A DNA stretch of 64,000 nucleotides from Haliotis rubra (taxonomy: Eukaryota). The stretch covers positions 372,001 through 436,000 of the forward strand of contig NW_025767104.1 of the NCBI RefSeq assembly GCF_003918875.1. Direction: 5' to 3'. Numbering within the stretch: position 1 is the first letter of the stretch; every line of letters begins with the position of its first letter. The notes under the pieces are model-generated. The model did not search any database, had not been told where the DNA came from, and worked only from the letters and a program-made list of their open reading frames with translations. This document shows positions 35,981 to 49,531 of this stretch, piece after piece. The translations under genes and the position numbers were made by a program.

Positions 35981-38900
35981 CTTGTTGTGTGCTTGATAAA
36001 CACTGTTATGTCTGGTTGGTGTCAATGACTGCGTGACTGATTGTGTACCTCTACATAGCGCCAGCGTCGCCTCCCTATAAGGCTGTGTGTAGGTCAGCCT
36101 CGGTCCTGCATGAACTTTACGTTTAGATGTGTAATTTACAACATACTCACACACTCACAAATGTACGTCTAAACATTGAGATGTGTAAGTGCAATTCAAG
36201 TTACAACATACTCATGCACGCACACGCACATACACACGCGCACACCCACACTGACAGACACAAACACAGAGGTAAAGGTAGGTATAAAAATGCAAAAAGA
36301 CACACAATGTTTTAGGTGTACATTGTGTTCTTTGTAGTGCATGATTAGTATGCTGGAGGAATATGTGTGCGTGTCTGAAGTGCACCAGCTTAACAAATCC
36401 CGTGCATAGACCTCCCCTATTTGCATTGTTATGAAGCGGGCCCATGTTGACACCGGATATGAACTAGTCCAGGGTCTGATAAGACTGTCGTGAGATGTGC
36501 CTACGGAACGCGTGCAATAGGGTTGACTGGCATATATGAATAATGATAGCCACCCTTAATAGTGCAATAGGGTTGACGGGCATATATGAATAATGATAGC
36601 CACCCTTAATAGTGCACTTTACCATACAGGTTGTACATGTCAGTTAGCTAATACGCTGCATACAGCTAATACATGGTCGATAAGTAACAGAGTATTGTAC
36701 GAACACACAGACAGTATTTCTACTACCAATATTTCCATCTTGACGAAAGTGTGTGAATGAGGGAGTATGGTTTTACGTCGATTTTAGCAACATTCCAGCA
36801 ATATCAGGACAGGGGACACCAGAAATGGGCTTCAGAAATTGTACCCATGTTGGGAATCGAACCCGGGTTTTCAGTGAGACGAGCGGACGCTTTAACCATT
36901 AGGCTACCCCATCCATCCGCAATCAAGAACAAAGACATTTCAAGAACAGAAAACCTTACAAATCTCAAAATATCTATAACCCAAAATTGTTGCAGAAAGT
37001 CAATGGCCTTACCATGACTGAATGGTATTGTACTGTGTACGTATACAAGAAGTTGAAGATGTTCAGTCAAATACATTTGTAACGAGTAGCATAACTTTTC
37101 AGAAAGTGTTATCCCATATATATCATATTTGACCACTTTCTATATCGCAACTTGTATTCACGTTTGCTGGAGTAAAAGGAGCGGACATTAGAAATGTTGG
37201 GCACTTATAAGGGTTCTAAGAAGAGAAACTACTTGCAATTCGACAGAGTCCAGTATATGTGAGGAGAAATATAGATGGAACTTGAAGTTGAGTTCGGGAA
37301 AACATCCAAGTACCACAAGTTTGACCCAACGAGGCTCAAATGTTTGGTGATTCTTGTGAATAAAGCTAAAAGCGACCTAAAACTGTATTCACTCTATCAG
37401 AATCCCTATCTCTATCTTGTCCAGAATATTGCTGAGTGCGGCGTAAACCTTAATTCACTCACCTACTCATCGAGAATGTTTTCATTAAAGCCAATTCCCA
37501 CAAAGGGCCAATCCTTTTCAGAGTAAAGATCATAATATACCCGGCGGCATTAACTAATCTTATATAGCAAACAAATAACGTTTAAAATCCTAAGGTGTAC
37601 GTGCAATTCATTGTTAATTGCTATACATGGCATAAAGTGCACTCATGCATCCTGGGTAAATATGTAAAGTGTAGACAGCAGGTCTCTACATTGATTTGAC
37701 ACAAACATTGTACAAATACATGGGTTAGAAGAAGGATAGGTATTACTTTACATGTTTTTTCTGCTTTATTTTCAGGCCCTGTGCTTGGTCGCATGAGTCC
37801 TTGACATAGATACTAGTACCTATTTATACAAGGCTGGTAAAGCGGAAAGGTGGACAGCAAAAACATATCTTGGCATCTGTCGCCCACATGGAAATTACAC
37901 TACTCTCCTTTATGACAATGTTAGCCTGTAGTGTTTCGTGTTTCTTTTGTATGTGACGCCAGCCTGTATTCGTTTGTTGTCATACAATATTTAAGTTCAA
38001 TCAAGTTTGGATCTGAATAATCAGTGAGTGATATCATGAACAACTCTTAATGCCGTCGAAGTGTTATTGCCATAAATGTTTCATCACTGATAACCGTCTA
38101 CGACCTTCGTAACTTTGAATGAGTGAGTGAGTCGGGTTTTACGCCGAATTTAGCAATAATCCATGGGCGTCCAGCGTGATGAGCGAACATTTTAACCACT
38201 AGCTTACCCCACCTTTCATCTTTCAGATATATGTCGAAGTGACTCTGGTAAAAATGTTCCCTCGTCATAACGATTCCATACGTTTATAGTTTATATGGCC
38301 AGTTAAACCATATTCATTCAGTCACGTTTTGTTTTCTTTCCGTTAAACGTCACAATGACAGAAACAACAGTCCATGATTCCCAAAGTATCGGGGCGGTGG
38401 GGTAGCCTAGTGGTTAAAGCGTTCGGTCGTCACGCCGAAGACCCGGGTTCGGTTCGATCCCCACCCATGGTGTCCCCGCCGTGATAGTGCTGAAACCACT
38501 CACTCCATCCTCCAGGACAGATCATTCGTGTTAGCTCGATCGTTATTCCCAAAATAATGTCCCCCGCCGTGATAGTGCTGGAATATTGGTAAAACCAAAT
38601 TCACTCACTCACTCCATCCTCCGGGACAGATCATTCGTGTTAGCTCGATCGTTATTCCCAAAATAATGTGAAGAAAGTATAATGTATCTGTTACCAAAGT
38701 GTGGGGTGACAGTGCCACGAGCGTGGAAGGATATTCTTATATTTTAGCGAACACCTGTTGTTATCTGTACTGATACTGAGTAATGAAATACAAATGTAGT
38801 TTCAATAGTACGATGGACCTGCTTTTAAAAAAGCTTTCTAATGATTCTGGACATATTTCTTCGTATATCTTCACATTAAGAAAACCGTTTTAAAGCAAAT

Positions 38901-39216
38901 CGTTACGGCGTAACGAAAGGGTCACGGTCATATATAAGCCGTATAAAGCCGTATACGAAAAGATCCGTTTTTCTGGGGTGATTCTGTGACTTGTCCACTT
39001 CATAAAGTTGGGTTAGCATCTACCCTCAAATCCCAACACTACAAGCCTTCTCAGCTTTCGTTCACACCCCAGGGATTCTTTTCACTGTGAGAAACGTTTT
39101 TTTCAGATTGACGGACCCTAGACACACCCATGTGAAGCCAACGGGGACTAGCGTCAGTTTGGTCAAATAGATAGATACTGACAAGCTGGAACTGGGGTGT
39201 TACAACCTAAGTTACG

Positions 39217-42200
39217 ATGGCGGAGGAGTCCAAACCAATCAGGCTAACAGTGAGTATCGCTGTTATGTTGACATATGTTAGGAATCACATGTAGGTAATA
39301 TCAAGGGTGGCTGATACGGGGTGTACATTCACTACGGCATTCTTTATAGATTCTTTATCAGTGACGTAGGTGTAGAATGAATGCGTCTTGGGTTCAATTC
39401 CCCACATGGGTACGATGTGTGAAGCCGATTTCCGGTTGCCCAATTGTTGGAAAATCGCTAAAAGCGGGGAAAATCTTTTATATTCACTCACTCACTAATG
39501 CATTGTTAAATTAAAGATAAAGCGTACAAAGTGTGAAACCCTTTTCTTGGGATATTGCTGAAACTATTGCCGAAACGATGTAAACCTACCTGCACTCACT
39601 CACTCACTCACTCACTCAAAATTTTATATATGTATGACGCTTAGATGTTCATATGCGATTCCTCGATGTTTATATCATAATCAAGGACATTCATTGTCAC
39701 TGCATCCTTATGATCGCTCGTTTATGAGAATCCTTCCAGAATCCTTTTTATACAGATGAGACGTTGATATTATAATGCAGTCGGCAATGGTACGATTGAT
39801 ACAAAAACAGCTTTGTTTTGTTTGGTTTGTTTGTTTATTCGTTCATGCCGCACTCAGCAATAATCCAGCTGTACGACAGTGGTCGGTAACTAATCGAGTC
39901 CAGACACTGCGTATCCATGGCATGCATCAACACGATCCCGTTAGTCGCCTCTTACGACAAGCATGGGTTACTGAAGATCAATTCTAACCCGGATCTTCAC
40001 GGGTTCTTCAACTTCCTCGCTGGTTCCAATCCCATTACCACCCATGGTTTGTCTGCGCCATTCCAGTGTTCTAGGATTTCACCAAAGTGACAAATGAATA
40101 ACACTGCTGTATTTCTTGCTTTTCTACCACGTCACTATCGTACCCAACATACGGACATACTGTTCAAAGCGGGCTAAACCAAAATCAGAATTATTTTACT
40201 TTCACTGGAAGTTTCAATCAGGATTATTCCATACCTAAGAATTGGTCTTCACAAACCCATGCTTGTTAGCAGCGACCAATGGTTTCGGTTGGTCAGGAAC
40301 GCTGACTTGGTTGATGTTATGCTGCGTGGTCCACAGTGTCAGTCACCTGATTGTCTGGTCCTGACCTGACTATTTACAAACCAACGTCATATTCAATTTT
40401 CCATTCTTTATTAACATTAAGTTTTACAACTTATCATCGGTGGTTACATAAGGCATAAATTAAATCGCGGATACAGGTGGACGGGTTTGACAATGGGTAC
40501 TACATTTTGCAGAATGCGCATAATTTATTTTAGATACAAAATTCTTATATTACATGCAGTAAACAAATATTTACCAAGATTACACAACTGTTTAACGTTC
40601 TTTAAACCAAATAACTGGATTAATTTAAAGACAGATGGATATTTCCAGTAATATGGCTTAATATAATTTAGTCTGACATTTACATATATATGTCAAATCA
40701 ACACAAAGTGAAACTCGTCCTCAATATCAAAATTACAATTGATACACTTTCTTTTATTCACATTTATATTTTTGTATCTTCCACATTCAATTGATAAAAT
40801 ATGGGCAGACAAGCGAAAGTTATGATAAGTATTTTCTATAAATTAGGGGAACAGTTTGTTAAGTAATATTGCAAAGTACAACAATGTATGATAAGCTTAT
40901 AGATGGAATATTGCTGAGACCGGCTGTAAACAACAACCACACGTGTACATAATGAAAGGCTTTTATTACCCATATGGGAAGGAGGACACGTGGTAGTATT
41001 TTCCTGTACGTCCCCAGGGACGTTACACATTTTGGTGAACGTTGATTGGCTGTTTCGGAAAATAAAACAGCCAATCAACGCGTAGGGATATGGCGATTCC
41101 CCACATCGTGGGTTGCCTTTCATTTTAGCGTTTTTTAGATCGAAAACTGATTTGGGTAATAAAAACAATAACCAACTCGTGACGGGGAATAACATATTAT
41201 CTTTCCCTCGTTGTATTAATTATGTAACTCTCGCCACGGCCCGAGAATTACGTAATTAATTTAACTCGGGAAAGATAATCTGTCTTTCCCGGCACTCGTT
41301 AGTTATTGTCTAATTCTCTTCTACCATCGACATAAATGATGCAGACAGTTTGCACGAAGATGAATCACATTGGTATATTTCTAATTTACGGGATATTCCT
41401 CATTCTCCTGAAGACATAGAAACTAGACACTGACAGTAACACCATCTGATCTCACCCACAGCAGTAATATCGCAGGATCATTTTAAACAAATATATATAG
41501 TACTTGATCTGTTTGAGTCACTAGTCACAATCCTCATTGTAAACCTAAGGTCGTGTGTAGTGATAAACACAATAACAAGAGCATGTTTAGTTCAGGGATC
41601 TGTTCCTAAAGGAGACCTTAGTGTCAAAACGATCGTAACCATGGAGATCAGTTACCTGCAGCCTAAAGCAACGAAAACATGAAAGAAGAAATGAAAGTGA
41701 TCAACATCATGAGCATCAATCTACGCAATTGGGATACGATGACATGTGTCAAACAAGTCTGCGAGCCTGACCACCCGATCCCGTTAGTCGCCTCTTGCGA
41801 AAATCATGGGTTACTGAAGATCAATTCTACCCCGGATCTTCACGGGTTTGGAAGTCAAGAATGTTTATCTTCCAACATCAACCTTACAACGGACTGGTAT
41901 AAAAGAAAAGTGACTCTCAAAAACTTAACATGCCAAACACCTGAATAGAAGAACTATCAGAGCGAAGCTTAAGATCACCTTCACAGTTAGCAGTAAGTTA
42001 TACCATAGGAATGTGGTTAATGGTTTTGTTGATGTCATGTCTGTATGTCTCGTTACTGATGCTCAGGCAGGCGTGATATGGTGGCATAGATTACCTGTAA
42101 CGATATGCCCGCCGCATCGGAAGCCTTATAATAGTCTGTATCATATACCTTGGCTAACTATTCACTTTACTTATCACTGAGACGTATCCGGTGACAATAA

Positions 42201-45200
42201 TTATGTGTATAATTGTTCTCTGTGCCCTTGGTACCACCAGATCTCTTGACGCAGATCAGTGCCCTGTTTCACAAAGCGATCGTAGCGCTAAGGTGATCGT
42301 AGCTCCCACACTTTAACATAGACTTACGACAGTCGTAGCGCTACGCTCGCTTTGTGAAAGGGCCCCAGGAGAGTACCCGGCTTTTCCACCCTTCCCGGGA
42401 GCCCATTCCCTCTGACACTCTGGGTTATGCAGAAGGCTGCAGTGTTGGGGAGTCTACATATTGTCCACAAAATATTTGGTGGATTCGACTAGGCAGCGCA
42501 TCCTGAGGGATGTCTTGGCACGGCAACTTGAGATGATGATAAGCTCTACCAGTCTGACTGTGCCAGGACCACCCGACCTGTCTTTGCTGCATGTTTATCT
42601 TAGTTTGTGACAATAACAATAATTATGTTTAATCACACTGATTATTACTATAACCCCTATACCGAGATGCATATATCTGGGGGTTGTCAAAGAGTATGAG
42701 CATGAATATATTTTGGACGGCGTTCAACATCATTATCTACTGGGGAATTCACATGAAAAACAGCTACCATAAAATATGTTTTCAACCGTGCCTCCTCTAG
42801 CAGGTGGGAATCCACTATTTATACAATGTCATTCTAATTTAAGGCTTAACTAATTTATGATTTCTTTGAAAAATGATAACAAGTAGTAAACCTGTTTGCA
42901 AGTGTGCATATTTTTCTTTACTTTCATGTTCATTTAACGTATAATTATAATACATACTTTTATATACTTAGAGCAACTGTGGGTAAACAAATTACAACGC
43001 ACATCACACAAAACCTCGGCACATGCAGATGTGTCTCTGTTATCATAATATTGTAAAATGTTGAGTGAATGATGAAGATTCCATATTTAAATCTCATTTA
43101 ATCACTCAAATATTAGATTAAGGAAACACTTTATTGATACAAGATGCAGGAACAACAAAAAACATTACTAATTTTAAAATGTATGTTTATTTCAGATCGG
43201 AGATGAGGACTGTGATATGGATGAGGATGAAATGGACATTGTGTATATATCCGACAAGGGAGGTAACTCCAAGAAGATGCAAGTGTTCGAGGGCACCTAC
43301 TATGCTCCAATGTATAAACCGGGAGTATTGAAACAAATCAAGACAGTCAAACTGAGACCAGAAGACGTCTTCTTCCCATCATTTCCCAGAACTGGTGAGT
43401 ACATGCGAGAGTGTGCATCCGGGTTAGAATTGGTCTTCAGCAACGATGCTTGTCGTAACAGGTGACTAACGGGATCGGGTGGTTAGACTCGCTGACTTGG
43501 TTGACACATGTCATCGTATCGCAGTTGCATAGATCGATGTGCATGATGTGAATCACTGGATTGTCCGGTCCTGACTCGATGATTTACAAACCACTTTTAT
43601 AACGAACAAAACAAAAACGTCTATGATGTTGGGACAAGATATAAGGCTTGTGTCGAAATTAGTCATACAGTTTGTGTGTATATTGCCAAATAAAAAAAGG
43701 CGAAAAAACCTTTCCACGTCCATAAGAAAGCAGAATCCATCGGACAATGCCTTTATCGTGAACTTGTTTATGAATCACTATTAAATAGTGAGCATTTAGT
43801 GAGCATATAGTGAGCATGGTTGAGTCCCATTTCGCCCACATCCCATTTCGGCTGGTAGGATCCTAATCCGACAATCCAGTGATTAAAGTTCTGAGGAATG
43901 TTCCACGCCGTCGGGTCACGATGACATGTCACCGAGGCTGGCCACCCAATCAGTGTTATTGTTTCATCCGTGAGAGTAACCATCAAGGAAGGAAACATTT
44001 ACATCATTCGTGCACAAGGAACAGATATTTCACAAGGACGAGCCCAATTCCCCCCTCCCCGTTATGGCTGGAATATTGCTAAAAGGGACGGAAAAACTAA
44101 ACACACCCACAAATTCGAGAGACCGTAATTTGTCATAGAAGACTTGCTAAGTTATTGAAATCCAAACTGGAACAAGTGTATCCTTCTCATCTCATTTGAC
44201 TCATGATGATTTCACATTGTTTTGTTTACAACGATTCTTGACAGCATTAAACACATTTAATAGTGATTCGTCGACGTTGACTGATAGAATTCATTCTGTA
44301 CTTTAGGCCCTGCTCCATAATGCAAACTACAGAGCGTACAATGAAGTAGTAGTACGCGGTTGGAGTAACATATACCTCATTTTACAGGCAGAGCTGGTTT
44401 GCTTAGCACTTCGCACCCCTCGTGGAATCTTCAGAACCGTTCTCTATATGAAGTCTTCGTCCGACGGCCATATTTAACAGCACCTCTGAAGTTGTAACAC
44501 CGAAACTTGTTTAATATTTTCCCTTGTTGAGGTAGAAGGGTAATTATGTGTCCACACTGTGTAAATATTAAAACTGAGAACAATAACTGAATTCAGAAAA
44601 CGCTGAGGGAGTGATGCCATTGCTGATAGAAGCAGTCATAAAATCTTGAAGATTGGCGTGAATGATGACATTCAGAAAACGCTGAGGGAGTGATGCCATT
44701 GTTGATAGAAGCAGTCATAACATCTTGAAGATTGGCGTGAATGATGACATGCTGAGTTTGAGTGAGTGGGTAAATGTTGCTTTAGTGAGTGAGTTTTGTT
44801 TTACGCCACTTTTAGCAATATTCTTGCAATATCACGGTTGGCGATACAGAAATGGGGAAATGTTGCTTTAAGCCACATCACCAATATTGAGGCTATTCAC
44901 GGATAGAAAATATATTTGTTCCCATAGAAACAAACATAGAATAAAAGTGATGACGAAGAGCACTAAATCTTCAGTCCATTATCACAAGAAATAGTAGAAA
45001 CTGACATTCAGAATTTAAAATTTACATGTTATCATATAGTTTAGTTGCCTTCAATTATACTAAAATTATAAACGGTGTTGAAAAGTTCAGCAATTGTTTG
45101 AACAGTGTAAAACCTTCGGCGAATAAGCGAAACATCCACACATTCCAACAAAAAGTGCTTGAGAGTCACAGGGACTGTGACCACAGGCCCTCGTGTCTTT

Positions 45201-48200
45201 GCGAGGATTAAAGATTTAAAAAAATGTTTTTGAGATGACCCCCGACTCGAAATTCTTCACAGTACAATACTGTCTTCTCAAAAACGTTTTTAAAATCTTT
45301 GATCCTCGCAAAGACACTAGGGCCTGTGGCTGTGACAAGGGATACATTGAGGGGGATCCCCTTTCTTCAATAAAAACGAATGAGTGTATGCTAGTGTCCA
45401 ATACGACACCTAGGTGGTCATAACGATTTGAAATATTTACGCTGGTAAATTCGGAATTTAAGTATGTAGCTATCAGTGAAGACACAGATCATATTCTCCG
45501 TTTTGTTCACTGAGATGGTATCGTAGGAAGGGCGGACTTTTTTTTGAATATGTCTTGCTGTTTGCCAAAACGATGAGTTCAGTATCAATCTAAATCAGAA
45601 ATAATACATCATAACATAAGGTTGCTTACATGGTGCTTAATTCCATACACATGAATGTTCGGAGCCCGACAGGGAGGGTGGAAACTACATGTCAGAGTAG
45701 CACAGGTGGAACACAAACTGCTAGTTGAATAAGAACGTCTTGAGCTAACGTTTGAATTGGGTCACTGATGGTAAAGTCTATTGTTCAATTGGACGAGCGT
45801 TCCACAGTTGTGCCGATACGTTATAAAATGATCAACATCCAAAGGTTTTCACTTTTGTCCGTGGAATGACTAGAATGTGTTGCGAACATGATCTGAGTCT
45901 TCTGGCAGGATGGTACTCGCTGAGCAATTCACAAAGATAGCTTGGCGCTGTTCCGTTGACACATTGGTAGGTAAGTGTCAGGACTGGATTCTCTTTGATG
46001 TGGCAGTGCTTTGACGACCTGGTTACAATCCTGGCAGCTGTATTCTGGATCTTCTGTAGGCGATGTATCTGCTCTGAAGATGCTCCTGCAAGAAGACTAT
46101 TGCAGTAGTCGAGCCTGGAGAGGACGAGAGATCTCATTAGTGCTGCAGCAGATGAATCACCGAGAAGGTTGCGGATGCTGCTGATGTTTCTCATGTAGAA
46201 GTCGCAATTCCTGACTTTGGCTGTCACTTGTTGTTCCATGGAGAGTGAGGTGTCGAAATAAACTCCCAGATCTTTTGGACAGGATGAAAAGGGAATGTCA
46301 GATCCATCAACTGTTATGTGGTTATGTCCAAACTTCCAAAGGCGAACTGGAGGACTGTTCATCATAGCCTCTGTTTTGTCCGCGTTCAACATCAGCTTGT
46401 TGCTTGTCATCCAGGATTGCACGTTGTGTATACAGGTTTCCAGGTTTCTGGTGCAATGTTCCTGAGATGTAGTGTCCACACCACACTTGTCTGACAACTG
46501 GGTGTCGTCCGCGTAGAGGTGATAGTGGACATTGGAAGATGAGATGGCATTACTGATTGGTCTTGTGTACATGATAAACAAAATGGAGCCAAGTACAGAA
46601 CCTATCGGTGAGGTAGGAGCGAAACCATTTCAGGGCCACTCAGTCAAAACCACAGTCACGTTGTAGGCGTGTGGTTAAAGTGTCGAATGTGGTCATTGGT
46701 GTCGAATGCCGAGGACAGATCGAGAAGTACAAGCATTCCCAAGTAACCATTATCCACGGTGATTTGGCAGATTCAGTGCTGCTCTATAAGCCGACTGGAA
46801 CTGGTCAAAGTGTATGTGTGCATTGAGATAGTCCAGGACCCTAGTTTTGACAGCCTTTTCTAAGATTTTGGAAAGAGAGGGCTTCTGTATGTATTCGGGT
46901 CAGGTAATTCCACGGGATTTCCTCAGGACTGACCAAGTATTCCGACGGTGTTTGGGCATCATTTAATCACTTTCCCGCAAAAGAAAGGGCAGGAACGTGA
47001 GTTTTGCAGTCACATGATCGGCGTCTCGTAAAAAGGATGTGGTACAAACGTTTGGGATCGCCTCGGACACGGTATCGTTTGCCCTTGGTAACTGATTTTG
47101 CGGCGCTTGATCATCCTGTATGCCTGACTACACTGAGCACGATAGGCCTTCACAAAAAGTACGTACTTGGATAGTTGATAATACAAATGGCGCTGGTTTT
47201 TGCTGGAATTATCGCTTGCCGACTTCAAATCATCCACGATATTGTAGTACACGTCTCTGGGAATGAAATTCTTCTTACTGATAAAATATTTATCAAATAG
47301 AAGTCGCTTGAACTGCTCTGCTACGCTCTCAGCCATATTAAAACAACGTTGGTCCAATATCGCTATTTGCTCACCAAATAAGAGTAGACAGGTGCGAATG
47401 AAGGAGGAGCTCAAGATACACGTATTTAAAGCCGAGAGAAAATGACCTTGGCACCCGACTCACGGTAGTAATTAGCCAAGAGTGTCATCAGTAAATTGTC
47501 AAGTTTTCAACTCCTAAAGACTGAGGGATGTCTTGAGACTCAACAGTAAATTGTTTTAAGCTACAAACATTAATTTCACACATTCACTGATATCTTAACA
47601 GGAGATGTGTGTAGCTGAACACCATGAAAATCAGTAATTTCATTAAATCCCTTGAAATCTTAAGGAATGTATGAAATCCCTGGGGGTCACAGTGATTTCA
47701 TCACTGACTTTTTTTAGGGATTACGTGAAATCCCTGGTTCCAGACATTCCCTTTAACGGGTACATGTTTTCAAACTTGTATATTTTATTGACCTCTTTAT
47801 AGAGACTATACATAATGTTCATTGTTAAAGAGCGGCAGTGTATAACTTCGACAATACGTCGAAAATGTATAGGGGAGAATCGATGTTTTTAGGTAATACA
47901 CAACCGATCACAACAATCACATCTCTTTCTACAGGGACACACTGGACATTTGAGGTAATAGGTATGCTGCTAAACAGCAAGGCAGAAACCATCCCAGTAT
48001 TCAAGGGTAAGCACCAGCTTGAGTTCGAAACGTGTGATGTTCTGAGTGGTCTCCCTTCTCCCAGGGTCATCAATACCCACATGAAGTTGAGCGACGCACC
48101 ATCGGAGCTGACAGAAGCTAAATGCAAGATCGTGTACAACATCCGCGACCCCAAAGATGTAGCTGTGTCTCTGTACAACGCCTACCTTGAAGGACAACAC

Positions 48201-49531
48201 ACCTGTTATACTGGATCTTTTGAGGACTTTTTGCCTCTCTTTTTGGAAGGCAAGGGTAAGTACTGTGTGATGCCATATCCGAGGGATGAACAGAGCGTTT
48301 CCTGTAGTTATCTAAATTGAAAAGTTCATTATATTAGCATAGAACGGTGGGGTAGCCTTGTGGTTAAAGCGTTCGCTCGTCCGGTTGATTCCCCAAATGG
48401 GAACAATGTGTGAAGCCCATTTCTGGTGACCTCCGCCCTGATATTGATTGAATATTGCTAAAAACGGCGTACAACTAAAGTCACTCACTTTCTTATTAAC
48501 CTGTCTATATTGTTCCAATCGGGCCACAATAATTTAATTCCACAACATGGTACTGAATCTGATTGTTGGATATATTCAGGTAATATACAAATTATCATCT
48601 TGTGTGTTGGTTTGAAAGTGAGAGGTTGACTAACGTTTGGAGTCTGTCTTCAGTTGACTGTAACGGCCTGTTTGAACACTGGAGAGATGCCGATGTGTTC
48701 TTCAAAGCCCACCCTGATATCCCCGTTTATATTCAAGTCTACGAGGAGGCGCTGAAGGTAAGGGATTCCAACACCTATATACCTTGGGATACCTTGGGCC
48801 TGTTGATCGTTACTTTGAAATATACGACACTACTTTCAGATTAAAAGGTGCAGAAAGACTCACCTTCAACATTCTTGTAAGACGCAGATGATTCAGCCAA
48901 ATAATTTAAAATTGCTTCATCTCACAGGATCCTTTCGGCGCGGTACAGAAGCTGTCGGATTTTCTTGAACTTGAAAGAAACGACGACTTGTGTCGTGACA
49001 TTGCCGAGAAATGTCACTTCTCAAAAATGAAAGTGGACAAGGACAAATTTTCAATGAAGTTTGGGAGCAAAGATATTCATTACAGAAAAGGTGAACACAC
49101 TGTAATAGCATTGATTTCACTGTTGTGTCTGTTTCACGAAATGCGCGCCCCCATCATACACGAGTAACGTTTATGATGTGTGTTTTCAGCGGACACTGTA
49201 TGATCCAGCGAACATCCAATGTTTAATTGTTAAGATGGTTGATCCCCACAGAGCCTCAACGCATTTCAAATTAATGTAAAAAGGTATCAACATTCATTCT
49301 ATTTTATTTCCAAAGAGGCACGGGTCTTGAAATCCGAAAATGCATTTTGGTTGTAGCAAGTGTTCACGAACATACCACCAACGACTGTATATATTTATAT
49401 GAAATATTTCAGGTGTTTCTGGGGACTACCGGAACTACTTCAACGACCGCATGCTGGACGACTACTACAACGTCTACAAAGAGAGGCTATCAGGAACGAG
49501 GTTCTACCTCCAGTACCTTTACAACTCTTAA
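39217..49531 (+). CDS. Cytosolic-type sulfotransferase D, ~312 aa, 6 coding exons, head-to-head with C
   Basis: Exons 39217-39249 (MAEESKPIRLT|gtgagt), 43196-43394, 47935-48255, 48654-48757, 48928-49090 and 49413-49531. Same exon sizes as A and C apart from the last. Motifs [25 protein letters not shown] and YRKGVSGDYRNYF. Confidence 0.92.
41020..41312. mobile_element. Hairpin-ended non-autonomous element fragment
   Basis: Long imperfect inverted repeat 41166-41310 (acaataaccaactcgtg...attatctttccc / gggaaagataat...cactcgttagttattgt) plus a gttgattggctgttt/aaacagccaatcaac hairpin. Confidence 0.55.
42260..42366. mobile_element. Small MITE (PIF/Harbinger-like termini)
   Basis: Inverted arms gccc..tttcacaaagcgatcgtagcgcta / tagcgctacgctcgctttgtgaaagggccc. 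Confidence 0.65.
44591..44750. repeat. 80-bp direct tandem duplication
   Basis: attcagaaaacgctgagggagtgatgcc...gaatgatgac occurs twice. Confidence 0.9.
45180..45332. repeat. Fold-back inverted repeat (probable MITE core)
   Basis: ccacaggccctcgtgtctttgcgaggattaaagattt...tttttgaga versus its reverse complement at ~45275-45330. Confidence 0.75.
45600..46880 (-). mobile_element. Decayed L2/CR1-group LINE in intron 2 of SULT D
   Basis: FQSAYR, LLDLSSAFDT, GSVLG, YADDTQL, LMLNADKTE, RLDYCNSLL and QNTAAR motifs. Confidence 0.9.
46890..47465 (-). mobile_element. Possible internally deleted Ginger2/KRBA2-like integrase element
   Basis: MAESVAEQFK...IPRDVYYNIVDDLK...YYQLSKY resembles my recollection of KRBA2/SCAND3-type integrase N-termini. 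A TGT terminus lies at ~46890. No DDE domain is present. Confidence 0.35.

Noticed and set aside
38391-38475. tRNA-Asp-like genes
   Set aside because: These are SINE heads: many degenerate copies, no proper acceptor stem, and each followed by a SINE body and tail.
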